A DNA stretch of 64,000 bases. Source: Octopus sinensis. Its lineage: Eukaryota. The position numbers and the translations under genes are program-made. The notes beneath the pieces were generated by a model. That model was not told the DNA's origin. It made no database searches and saw only the letters and a program-made list of their open reading frames with translations. The stretch spans positions 15,066,001 through 15,130,000 of the forward strand of contig NC_043005.1 in the NCBI RefSeq assembly GCF_006345805.1, read 5' to 3'. Shown piece after piece: positions 50,563 to 62,462 of the stretch. Positions within the stretch are counted from its first letter, which is position 1. Each line of letters opens with the position of its first letter.

Positions 50563-51104
50563 AATTAAAATATCAGCTCAAATTAGGCAATCAACTTTTT
50601 ATACATACTCATAGTTATAAATTCAACTTAAAATGCATATATATAAATATATATATTAATACATACCAACATATATGAATATTTTAAAGAATATAAATAT
50701 ATATAAATATAGTTAAAAATACACGTAGTGTCCATGTGGGATATATATGGAAAAAAAAGTGTGAGAAAGAGAATTGGTAAAAATATTTTTCATACTAAAA
50801 TTAAGAGCGATTAAGAGTTTCAATTAAAAGATCCATAAAATTCAATCTTTTTGTTTTTTAAATATATAAATAGTTTATAATACAATTTGAGGAAATCCAC
50901 TCTCTATGGCCATTTCTAGAGTTCATGTCCTTGTAGAAAAATTAATAGAAATCTTACAAACCATGCAGACATTGTCCCCTTCATCAGGAAAGGTATCCTT
51001 ATAAAATCATATTCTTGACAATTTTAGGACTCTTTTTACTTGTATTTTTATCTATATTTATATATATATTTATATTTTTAAAAATATTCATATATGTCAA
51101 TATG

Positions 51105-51146
<42 letters not shown>

Positions 51147-51221
51147 TTTTAAGTCAAATTTATAACTGTATGAGTATGTATAACAAGTTGATTGACTAAT
51201 TTGAGTTTATATTTTAATTCT
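50561..51221. mobile_element. AT-rich palindromic Penelope-derived element
   Basis: ~165-bp inverted arms (50561-50726, 51037-51221) with a hammerhead-like motif in the spacer. Confidence 0.65.
50900..50992 (-). ncRNA. Type I hammerhead-like motif with an expanded stem II
   Basis: Minus strand CTTTC-CTGATGA-AGGG...(long insert)...CTCT-A-GAAA-TGGCCA-TA-GAGAG: palindromic stem III loop, triplet AUA, stem I CTTTC/GAGAG. Confidence 0.5.
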
Positions 51222-51871
51222 TAACTTTTGTCTCAGGTTCGACCCTAGCACTTCTTAAGCAGTTCTATATATTTAGTAAGAAAGAATAATATTATATATA
51301 TATATATATATAAAGGACACACTAATAGAAATTTTGAGCAATTATATTTTTAAGTATTTGAGTAATATATAGTTGGTTATGGTATATAACTGATCAGAAA
51401 GTTACCATTGGTTTATTACAACCATACATTTATAAACTCACATGTTTTGTAATCCCTTTTAAGTGATGTTTTTATTTTATGTATGGACATGTTTGGTCAA
51501 TAAACAAAAGGTTATTATTATTATCATTATCATTAACTAGTCGGGTGGATTAGCAGCACCATTAGAATGTTAGAGAAAAATGCCTTATGATAGTTGTTCT
51601 GGCTCTTTATATTCTGAGTTCAAATCTTGCCAAGAACACTTTTAACTTTTTTTGTTTGGGGAGCCAATAAAATATTAGTCAAAGACAAACAAAATACTTA
51701 GCAATATTTTGTCTGTCTTTACATTTTGAGTTCAAATTCAAGTGAGGTTGATGCTACCTTTTCTCTTTTCGGGGTCAATAAATTAAGTACAATAATTTAA
51801 GCAGTGGGGTTGATGTAATTGATTAGCTCCCTTCTTCAAAATTTCAGACCTTGTGCCTATAGTGGGAAAAA

Positions 51872-51953
<82 letters not shown>
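51872..51953. repeat. (TAT)n microsatellite
   Basis: Directly visible. Confidence 0.95.
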
Positions 51954-51954
<1 letters not shown>

Positions 51955-52125
51955 GGCAGAATTGTTAGCACACTAAGCAAATTACTTAGTGGTATTTCGC
52001 CTATCTTTACATTTTAAGTTCAAATTCTGTCAAGGTCAACTTTGCCCTTCATCCTTTCAGGGTCGATTAAATAAGTAATTTAATCCTTTCTCCCAAATTT
52101 AGGCCTTCTGCTTCCAGTAGAAAGA

Positions 52126-52172
<47 letters not shown>

Positions 52173-52201
52173 CATCATCATCATTATTTTTTTTTTTGCA
52201 G

Positions 52202-52226
52202 GTTCTTTAATTTTTACTATCCTTAA
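52202..52226 (+). CDS. Candidate terminal coding exon of the GT7 gene (W)FFNFYYP-stop
   Basis: Poly-T tract and GCAG acceptor end at 52201. The phase-2 join with the 44925 donor restores TGG (Trp), followed by TTC TTT AAT TTT TAC TAT CCT TAA. Confidence 0.5.
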
Positions 52227-52353
52227 CTTGCCTAGTCTAATTCCACCAAAGACTGCCTTGTATCACAACTGAACATTACCATCTGATGTAAGCAAAAATA
52301 TATTTTCTGTTTGTTTCTTGTTCACTTGCTTTCTTCTCCTGATCTCTCTAAAA

Positions 52354-52572
52354 CAGTGCTTTTCAAACTTTTTGCTGGAGTGGAACCCCAAGGAAACATT
52401 CCACTGGCTCGAGGAACCCCTGTGCAATAATTTAATAGTCTTATGCACACATATCTGCACAGGAGAATTAAAAATTACCGTCGATTTTAGAAGTTTTGTA
52501 ACTTCTTGCGGAACCCCTCGACTGTACTGGCGGAACCCTAAGGTTCCGTGGAACCCTGGTTGAAAACCACTG
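52354..52572. mobile_element. hAT (Charlie-like) MITE with 8-bp TSD
   Basis: TIR CAGTGCTTTTCAA ... TTGAAAACCACTG; TSD CTCTAAAA at 52346-52353 and 52573-52580. Confidence 0.88.
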
Positions 52573-53077
52573 CTCTAAAAGCAATGAAACAACAGACTCT
52601 TTAACCTCCTCTGTCACCACTAATATAACCACAAAGTTTCAGGGAGACTAGTAATAATTCTAACACTAGTTTAGAGTGAATATATTAAAGGCAAGTTTGT
52701 GAGACCGTCAGTGTAACTTTATTACTGATATCGTTAGTAAAGGGCTCAGCCTAAAATTTCAGGTAATTCTTCTCTTTACAACATATCAACATAGTTCACA
52801 ACTTTATTTTTTTTTTTTTGTTAATTACAACTGGGTGTACATCCTTTTAATAATAATAGAACGTAACAAGGCAGCAAGCTGGCAGGATTGTGAGCATGCC
52901 AGGTAAAATGCTTCATCCGTCTTTATGTTTGGAGTTCAAATTCCACCGAAGCCAACTTTACCTCACACGCATATATACATGTATATGTGCATGTGTGTGT
53001 GTGTGTGTGTGTGTGTGTTTGTGCATGTCTGTGTATATGTGTGAGTATATGTATGTGTGTGTGTGTGTATATATGTG

Positions 53078-53113
<36 letters not shown>

Positions 53114-53476
53114 AGTAATTATATGGATAAACACATTAGATTCCTTAAATACATTAAATATATAGGTGCAGGAGTGACTGTGTGATAAGGAACTTGCTTC
53201 CCAACCAAATGGTTCCAGGTTCAGTCCACCTTGGGAAAGTGTTTTCTACTCTAGCCTTGGGCTGACCAAAGCCATGTGAGTGGATTTAGTAGGCAGAAAC
53301 TGAAAGAAGCCCATGATCTATATTTGCCATTTAAATATGGCTAACCCCTAAGGGTGGATGCTACTGTAGTTTGTAGCCCCAGGAGCACACCTCCTCCAGC
53401 TGGCTATAGACACACTTTCTGTGCCCTATCAGTATTTGCAAAGAGAAGCCATCCTTCCTGTCTTCAACTTATGATA

Positions 53477-53521
53477 CACACGGACTCGAGTTTCTGGGTA
53501 TTGACCCGTCATCGGCGTGTG
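53477..53521 (-). ncRNA. Minimal type I hammerhead ribozyme, U4C core variant
   Basis: Minus strand CACACG-CCGATGA-C-GGGT(CAAT)ACCC-A-GAAAC-TCGA-GTC-CGTGTG: perfect 6-bp stem I, palindromic UCGA loop, GUC cleavage triplet. Confidence 0.75.
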
Positions 53522-53696
53522 ACAATCACAGTTGTCAATGAAAAGTAGGTTCGATGTGTTGCAGCTACTGTTTATAACTCGCTCTAAGATTTATTATTGC
53601 TTGTTTACACCTTTTCGATATCAGTGTCTTTACGATACTGGAAAAGGGATAAGTATTTGTGAAGGGAACCTACTTTCCATTGACAACTGTGATTGT

Positions 53697-53741
53697 CACA
53701 CGCCGATGACGGGTCAATACCCAGAAACTCAAGTCCGTGTG
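53697..53741 (+). ncRNA. Minimal type I hammerhead ribozyme, mirror copy
   Basis: CACACG-CCGATGA-C-GGGT(CAAT)ACCC-A-GAAAC-TCAA-GTC-CGTGTG; loop III palindrome broken by one G>A change. Confidence 0.7.
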
Positions 53742-54143
53742 TATCATAAGTTGAAGACGGGAAGGATGGCTTCTCTTTGCAAATACTGATAGGGCACAGA
53801 AAGTGTGTCTATAGCCAGTTGGAGGGGTGTCCTCCTGGGGCTACAAACTACAGTAGCATCCACCCTTAGGGGTTAGCCATATTTAAATGGCAAATATACG
53901 TCACGATGTGTTGCAGCTACTGTTTATAACTCGCTCTAAGATTTAATATATTTATTATATATGATGTATCTAATAGGTTTATCTACATAATTACCTCTAT
54001 AGCTCAACTTGATCCGTCTTACAGCCATTCTTTACCATGTGGAATCAATCCCCTGGAAAGACATTGGGGTCTAAGTTTGGATCTTTTGAGTACTACTTAT
54101 TGTTTTCTATACTGAGAATCTCTAGATCTCATTTGTGAACGAC

Positions 54144-54215
<72 letters not shown>

Positions 54216-54317
54216 GTAAATGTAAATGTATATGTTGGTTTATGTTGGATGAATGAGAGAGAAGTGCTCTATACATGCTTTGGAAGATATGTTTTTTTTT
54301 ATTGAGACTACATGCAT

Positions 54318-54466
54318 ACACACACACACACATACATACATACATACATACATACATACATACATACATACATACATACATTCATACATACATACATACA
54401 TACATACATACATACATACATACATACATACATACATTCATACATACATACATACATACATACATA
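54318..54466. repeat. (CA)n followed by (TACA)n microsatellite
   Basis: Directly visible. Confidence 0.95.
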
Positions 54467-54745
54467 TGTATATATGATATACACATACATGCATGCATAT
54501 GTACATATATTTGTAAGTAATAGAAGTATATATGTGTGTGTGTGCATGTGTGTATATATATATGTGTATACATGTGTGTGTGTGTGTATGTTTACATATT
54601 TTCATTTTATTTAAAGGTAAGGCTTTAATTAATTCACTTTGAGGAGTGAAACATGAAATGAAGAATGTTATAAGTTACAAAATTAGTGAGGTCTCGCTAT
54701 TGCTTAAAAAGTTAACTCTACTAAATATAATACACATATATATAG

Positions 54746-56036
54746 TACAGTCCTGCTAATTTGGCAGCCATGGAACATTGTGGGTACAGATTAACAAATA
54801 TGTCGACATACTGGAACTCAGTAATGAAGAAAAACCTTACAAAATCATTTTTTACTTCACTAAATCATCAAATTTGCAACTATATTTTGCAATGGCCTCA
54901 TTATCTACGGATTTGAGTTTTTTTTAGACCAGTTAAGTTCATGACAGCTGTTCCGTATTTTGAAGTTTATAAACCCTCACTAAATATAAACATACAAATC
55001 TCTGTGATATTTATATCTTTGTGTAACTTGCTTAGCCTTTTCAGTGAAAGTTAACGCTGAATTTATCATATGCTCATAGATTGTTTTACATTAAGCCTCT
55101 TCAATAATATTTCGTCTAGCTTTGAGGGTTTTTTTTTTTTTGTTGCTGTTTTATATTTACTGCGCATCAACAATTTCCCCTGTCTTTGAAATAGCCATAA
55201 ATTGCATTATGCTGTGTTTTTGTTTCTTAATATCATAAATTGGTGAAGAATCTATGTTGCATATTGTGATCTAAAGTTATGCTGAAATTAGAAAACTAGT
55301 TTAATTAAGATTTAATGAATTTGAAATTATGAAGTAGGTGAAATCAATCAACTTTAATTGCAGACCTAGAGAGACCTACTCGTCATTAATTCAATTGAAA
55401 AGAATCATAGACAGAAGTGGTTATATGTGGATTGAGTGTCCAGAGTATGGCTGTTCCTTGCACAATATGTTTTTCTTTTTTTTAAAGAGTGCATCTAGTT
55501 CCATCTGTGTTCTTGAGTCTTTTTCCCAAAATAAATCACAGTAGCATGGTAGCATGTCCAGAATACATTTCTGTGCTGTTCTCCCATACTCCTAGTCAGA
55601 ATCCTACACAGTAAACTGGTCCAGGATTCCCATTATTTTGTTGATGCTCTTACTGAAGAATTCGTTACTAACAATTCTTACTGGTGTTACTGGCTCAACA
55701 GTAGATATCTTGAATGTATTTCTGTATCAACTCTTGCAATTTTTCAGTAGATAAATTCTTGCCATGATAATCTGTTAACTCTTCCAGATCTTCCATATTG
55801 GCATTTTTGTATTCTTCATTCATTGACCAGCTCAAAGATATCATTTATGACTGCAGGTATTATTTCTTGGTAAATTTTAGCTGTGGTAAGTAGCTTGCTT
55901 ACAAACCACATGGTTCTGGTTTCAGTCCCACTGCGTGGCATCTTGGGCAAGTGTCTTCCACTATAGCCTCCGGCTGACCAAAGCCTTGTGAGTGGATTTG
56001 GTAGACGGAAACTGAAAGAAGCCTGTCGTATAAATG

Positions 56037-56087
<51 letters not shown>

Positions 56088-57280
56088 TAGTGTGTCTGTG
56101 TTTGTCCTCCCCCCAACATCGCTTGACAACTGATGCTGGTGTGTTTATGCCCCCGTAACTTAGTAGTTCGGCAAAAGAGACCAATAGAATAAGTACTAGG
56201 CTTACAAAGAATAAGTCCTGGGGTCAATTTGCTCGACTAAAGATGGTGCTCCAGCATGGCCACAGTCAAATGACTGAAACAAGTAAAAGAGTAAGTCATT
56301 TCATGCTTCCAGTCATAACTTCTTCTAAACTCTATTTGTGTAGTTCCCATTTACTTTATTCCAGTTTGCTTTGATGTTATCTATAGATTTCATGATATAA
56401 TAATCTCAGACAGATTATCTTGCCCGTCTGTTTTACAACAAATTGTCTGAAAATATAATGAAAGTAGTCGGTCTTGATATAAGAGGGTACATCCTGCTTC
56501 ATGGTTTCAGATAAAGAATTAGTGTTCTATTTCCTTCTCACTCTCAGTCAAGTTGATTCTTCAGTCTTGCAAGTTACAGGGTAACCCTATTAATGCTGGT
56601 GCTACAAAAGAAGCACCCAGTACACTCTGTAAAGAGGCTAGCATTAGAAAAGATATCCAGCCCTAGAAATCATGCCAAAACTATGACACTGGAGCAAAAT
56701 ATGGCCTCCTGACCAGTTTCATCTTGTCAAAGTGTCCAATCCATATTAGCATGGCAAGCGAATATAAAATGATAGTGTAAATTGAAAATGAATGGTTGTG
56801 GTATTTCTGAATGATAATGAAGTATTGGCTTCAGCTTGGTATATCCTGAAGCATTGCAGTCAAGTAGTAGAGTTAAATGGAGTTTTTTTGGCCTTGAATG
56901 TAGAAGTGTTTTTCTTTCTTCCAAGGAAATGAAACAGCAGGAGGTCATTACTTTTGAGGAAAAAACTGTTTCATCTACTTTGAATACAAGTTAAGAAGTG
57001 TAATTACCACCATGATTGATAATATGCTTGAGAACTTGGGGAAATACCTTGGCCACCTGGGTGGCTGCACTTGCAGACAAACAGATACTGTGATGGTCAT
57101 GCCATTGTCTGAATTTTTCAAACTGATCTCTGCTAGCAATGAATGCTTCTGAATTTTCCTTGGCATGTTACAGGAACTCTCAGTACTTTGGAGAAGCAGG
57201 CAACTTTCCATCATGGTAAGTAAAAAATTATATGAACAATTTGTGAGCATTTGAGAGTATACATGAGCATGAATCATAGT
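54746..57280 (-). mobile_element. Degraded pogo/Tigger-like DNA transposon with nested repeats
   Basis: Minus-strand FISLEER...KLHLTLLLDCNASGYTKLKPILHYHSEIPQ matches the Tigger DDE_1 region (RLTLLLCxNASG..KLKP). TA-CAGT at 54746 is a possible terminus; boundaries uncertain. Confidence 0.55.
55880..56294 (+). mobile_element. SINE family A
   Basis: Nearly full-length family A sequence. Confidence 0.88.
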
Positions 57281-57317
57281 TTCTTACATTTTAGCATATA
57301 ATTATTATAGTAATGTG

Positions 57318-57700
57318 TGGAGGTGCAATGGCCCAGTAGTTAGGGCAGCAGACTCGCGGTTGTAGGATTGAGGTTTCGATTCCTAGACCGGGCATTGTGA
57401 GTGTTTATTGAGCAAAAACACCTAAAGCTCCATGAGGCTCCGGTAGAGGGTGGTGGTGAACCCTGCTGTACTCTTTCACCACAACTTTCTCTCACTCTTT
57501 TTTCCTGTTTCTGTTGTACCTGTATTTCAAAGGGCCAGCCTTGTCATACACTGTGTCACACTGAATCTCCCCAAGAACTACGTTAAGGGTACACGTGTCT
57601 GTGGAGTGCTCAGCCACTTACACGTTAATTTCACGAGCAGGCTGTTCCGTTGATTCGAATCAACTGGAACCCTTGTCGTCGTAACCGATGGAGTGCCAAC
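57318..57700 (+). mobile_element. SINE family C, tail type 2, with TSD
   Basis: Family C head; ATTATAGTAATGT on both flanks. Confidence 0.87.
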
Positions 57701-58029
57701 ATTATAGTAATGTAATGCTGGTCCTACTGAAAATATCTTCCCCAGGAAAAAAGAGTACAATAGTGAATCAGCTCTAAACTGCATAGCAATTCAGTAAGTT
57801 TCACTGTATGGGTGTATGTGTGTGTGTGTGTGTATATTTATACATACATACTCACACTTACATTTAAAAGTACAAATAAGAAAAAATGTACTAAATACAT
57901 GTGCTAGAGGTTATATATTTAGTCAAAGATTATGATTCATTCCATTGTTACTTAGAGCTTATTTCTTTACTGCCCACAAGGGGCTACACACTGGTCAGAT
58001 GCATATTTCTTTTTCAAATGTTTTAGTTA

Positions 58030-58373
58030 TACCAGTGGCATGTAAAGGGCACGTTTCTAGTGTTGGGTCTCTCGGAGGCAATGACAAATAATTGAGACCT
58101 TTGGCAATATTATGTGCTTGAGAAGAAGACCCATCAAGCCAAGTGAAGTCATAGCTGTCACTGATACTAGTGTCATGTAACTGATACCCGTGCCTGTGGC
58201 ACACAAAAGCACTTGTTACACTTTCGGAGTGATTGGTGTTAGGAAGGGCATCCAGCTGTAGAAACCACGCCAAATCAGACTGGAGTCTGGTGCAGCCCCT
58301 CAGCTTACCAGCTCTGGTCAAACCGTCCTACCCATGCCAGCATCAACAACAAACATTAAATGATGATGATGAT
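58030..58373 (+). mobile_element. RTE-LINE 3' UTR fragment (related subfamily)
   Basis: GGTGTTAGGAAGGGCATCCAGCTGTAGAAAC and a (GAT)n tail. Confidence 0.65.
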
Positions 58374-58850
58374 AACAATACAAGCATATTTATAGTAGTT
58401 ATGCCCCTTTCTGTGTAATCTAAAAGGAGTATGGGGTGAGATCTATTGTTATTATAAAGCCAAGTTTTAATCTTGTTATATTTAATACTCATTACTGATT
58501 CATTCTCTTCTAGCAGAAAAAAAATCATGTTCAAATCCTGCCAGAATAGACCTTTAGATTTTGGTGTTGATAAAATAAACTCTGGTTGTATACTGGAATC
58601 GGTGCAATAGATTATATACCTTCCTCAAACTTTGTGATCCTTTGCTAGAATTTGAAACTATTTTTTGGAAGATTGTAGATAACAGATTTCTTAGAATACT
58701 TGAAAAATACCTTGTAGTATTGTATTATATTCCCTGTACATCGTGAGCATAACTCCTGCTAAGGTCTGAGGTATTGATAGAGAATGGTGACAGGGTATGA
58801 GGGTTGAGGGGAGTGATGGTAAAGTATGTGGTAGTGAGGGATAATGCTGG

Positions 58851-59085
58851 AAGGTGGTGAGCTGGCAGAAACATTAACATGTTGGGCGAAATCCCTAGCA
58901 GTATTTCGTCTGCCATTACATTCTGAGTTCAAATTCGGCCAAGGTCGACTTTGCTTTCCATTCTTTCGGGGTCGATTAAATAAGTACCAGTTAATCACTG
59001 GGGTTGATTTAATCGACTTAATCCCTTTGCCTGTCCTTGTTTGTTCCCTCTATGTTTAGCCCCCTGAGGGCAATAAAGAAATAAA
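58851..59085 (+). mobile_element. SINE family B with TSD
   Basis: Family B sequence flanked by AATGCTGGAAG. Confidence 0.85.
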
Positions 59086-59755
59086 TGCTGGAAGTGTCTG
59101 AGATATTGATGTGGATGTATAGGATAGTTCATTCAACCTACTTCAATAAAAATCTTTCATTCATCACAGACCTTTCTGTGGTACACCATACCTCATCATA
59201 ATATTTATTCACAATTTGATGGACTATTCTATTGAATGTTGATTGCTTTTATCAAGGGAACAATGAACCTTGGCATTGCAATCATTTATAAATTAATATC
59301 CAGAATTTGAAGAAAACTGCTGTTCAAGCAAAGCAACACAACTTTCTCTGTATCTCTTTTTCTTTCTTAGATGAAGGGCAACTGTGTGAAACTTCAGATT
59401 TTCAGCGCTCAAAACAACTAAACTTATCAAACTCTTCTATAAACTCTCTTATGGATCACTTTGATCCGTATGTAGCTAATCCTTCCAAATCTTGAGGAGT
59501 CATAGGGAAAGTGTTGTCTTGGGTTTATGAAGTACTATACAAATGAAATATAAACCTTTCTCCTCCCTACCTCAGATATTAAAGAGAATCTGTCTGTAAC
59601 ACAATCCTAACAAAGAACCAAAATTCCATCAAACAAACGAATTAACAGGTGATGGCAAATCAATTAATGCTCCATTTACAATTTGCAAAACAAGATGAGA
59701 CACACTTGGCATGTTTTAAAACCTACCTAAATAACATCTTCAATGTATGAAACTA

Positions 59756-60177
59756 TTAGCAGTATAGCCAGGCGTTGCTCGGGTTTGTTTTTTAGTTGCG
59801 CTTAAAATGGCAAACTTAGCAAAGTTTAGAATTAGAATTTTTGAAAAGTAAAAATTTGGCATTATGTAACTTGTTATTCTCTTTAAGTGAACATTTTTGT
59901 GGTTGAAATACACCGAACAATGGTGACACAGCAGTCAAAAAATCGTAAAAAATAGGGATTTTCATAGAAAAAAAGCACCTTTTTGATGTAAATAATTTTT
60001 GGTGTTAACATGGCCCGATTTGAATTTTTTCTACTACGGAATGAAGAGCAAGCCTTCTTCTATCATATTCTCAATTTTGGTTAACTTGTGCTGCAGGGTC
60101 TCAGAGGAGATAGTGTTAGTTGAAGGCTACCAAACCTGCCACACACACACAGACAACTTCAGCTTTATATATATAGA
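59756..60177 (-). mobile_element. Non-autonomous Helitron (same termini, different interior)
   Basis: Minus strand starts TCTATATATATAAAGCTGAAGTTGTC and ends CCCGAGCAACGCCTGGCTATACTGCTAA. Confidence 0.72.
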
Positions 60178-60209
60178 TTAGCAGCTCATAACTATATACT
60201 GTGTACATT

Positions 60210-60381
60210 CACCCTTTAGCATTCAGATTTCTCTGTTAAATGTAATGCTTATTTATTCATATTGTTTATATTTAAAATGACATTGTAGGATACGTGCAAG
60301 AGGCCAGATCTGGCCAGTCTGAACATAAAACAAGTAGAATATTTGGGCTGGATATGGCTGGTTTGAATGCTAAAGGATTAA
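60210..60381. mobile_element. Second piggyBac-like MITE family
   Basis: ACCCTTTAGCATTCA ... TGAATGCTAAAGGATTAA inverted ends. Confidence 0.55.
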
Positions 60382-60389
60382 ACAACACA

Positions 60390-60422
<33 letters not shown>

Positions 60423-60456
60423 CTTACACACATTAATGACTGAAACAAGTAAAAGA

Positions 60457-60517
<61 letters not shown>

Positions 60518-61345
60518 TACCACCATCGCTTGACAACTGATGTTGGTGTGTTTATGTCCCCATAACCTAGCAGTTTGGCATTAGAGACCGATAGAGGGAG
60601 TACTAGGCTTACAAAGAATAAGTCCTGGGCTTGATTTCTTTGACTAATGCCCTTTAAAGTAGTGCTCCAGCATGGTCACAACCAAATGACTGAAACATGT
60701 AAAAATAAAAAGCTAGTTTTAATATTACATCACTGGTTAAAGCGCTGAGGTTCATCCAACCCTTATATGGGTTTACTGTCATCTGGTCTTAATAGATTTC
60801 TTTATTGGCCACGCAGGGCTGAACACAAAGGGGACAAAATACAAAGTATTGGGAAGAAGAATCTGGTCATAATAATAATGAAGTTATTGTATGCAGTTCT
60901 CAGGTGCATCAGGAAAAAAAAAAGGAAGAAGAAATGGTTGTGGGGGCCATCAGGTGTGCCAGGCCAGAATGAGTTAAATAGTTCAGCCAGACATGATGCC
61001 GTGATAGAATGTAGGCTACTATAACATTGTCCAGCTCTTATTTATTTAAATTAAATTTTATTTATTTAAAAATCCAGAATCTGAGGAAACTGGTGAGGAA
61101 ACTGTGTTGGTAAGAAATCAAAAGAGAGTTTATTAAATGTCATTCAATAAACTTAATTGCTGTGAGGAGTTGAGAATCTAGCATTTCAAACCGTTTCCCA
61201 TTAACAGAGAACTGAAGAAAAAAGAAAGAAGTTGTTTGCTTTATCAGCAACTGTTTGTATCTTTTTTCTTCTTATCTTTAGAAAATCAACCATGCCAAAT
61301 ATTATATCTCCTAATATAATAATGAACGTAGTGTTTTTATATATT

Positions 61346-61407
<62 letters not shown>

Positions 61408-62462
61408 TCCAGAATCACGCCGGACAAGGAGGAGGAGAGAAAATAGTAATTCAGTGAAGGAGAAGTAGTGAGAGTAATGTCCCTGACTGAAAGGGAGTGA
61501 GAGAAAGTAATAGCAATGAGAGAAAGGAAGGGGTGATAGATGAATAAGGAAGTAAGGGGCGAAAAAAAATCAGTGTTTCAACTCTGTGTGAGTATATGTA
61601 TGTGTGTGCATATACAAGGGAAGTATGTGGATGCTTGTATGTGTGATTATTATGTACCTTATTTTGTAACTTACTATAAAATACTACAATTAGCCGTCAT
61701 TACTGATGGCATGTGGTCAGCTAGTTTATATACAAAACCAGACCTTTTCTGCAATGGCCTTCTTAGCATTTCACAGAAAACAGATATTTACTTTATGATT
61801 TTAAGAACAGAGCCTTATAGATTTATATTTCTATATTTGATACAATTTTCAACGTTTTCATTTTTCACTTTTCTGCCATTAAATTGATGAAAATGTTTTA
61901 AAACAAATTATATCTATTTGCATTATTTATTGATATAAATTTGCATTGTAAATATTTGTTTTGAAAGAGTAACTTGAACAGTTACAAATAAATGTTAACT
62001 TTTTAAAAAATATATTTGAACAGTTTCAAAAGTATTTATATGTTAATGCTCACTTTTTATAAAAGAAAAAGACAAATCATATTGAATTATCATCTGTTAT
62101 GAATAAAATCACTTTTCTACCTCTGAGTCATGTTTGTTTATTTCTACATAAAATCCTTTTTGGAACAGGGTCTTGTCTACTATTTTGGTACTATTTGCTT
62201 AAATGTAGTTGATCCAACACTTCATGGGGGCAGAGCAACAAGGAGACACTGAATTCACTGCTACAAGATGAAGTAAAACAAACTATGCTGCTGTTTACAG
62301 TGGTCAGTTCTACAGCCATGGGATGTACCTGTAGCAGCATAAGCAATCAGCACCATATTGGATGAGATCTTGCGGCAGCCTTTGCCATCTCTGAGACTGG
62401 ATCGAGACCTCACCTGCATCCATTTCCCATGTGCGAGATCCCAACGAGGCTTGCAAGGACAA

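Larger units (their letters stand above)
53320..53945. mobile_element. Penelope pseudo-LTR-like element: ~232-bp inverted arms plus a ~41-bp direct repeat
   Basis: Arms 53320-53552 and 53666-53897 are near-perfect reverse complements. GATGTGTTGCAGCTACTGTTTATAACTCGCTCTAAGATTTA occurs at 53553 and 53905. Confidence 0.85.

Noticed and set aside
61700-62110. AT-rich block ending in AATAAA as a polyadenylation region of the GT7 gene
   Set aside because: AATAAA is frequent in such AT-rich DNA and lies about 10 kb past the last candidate exon; transcript data would be needed.
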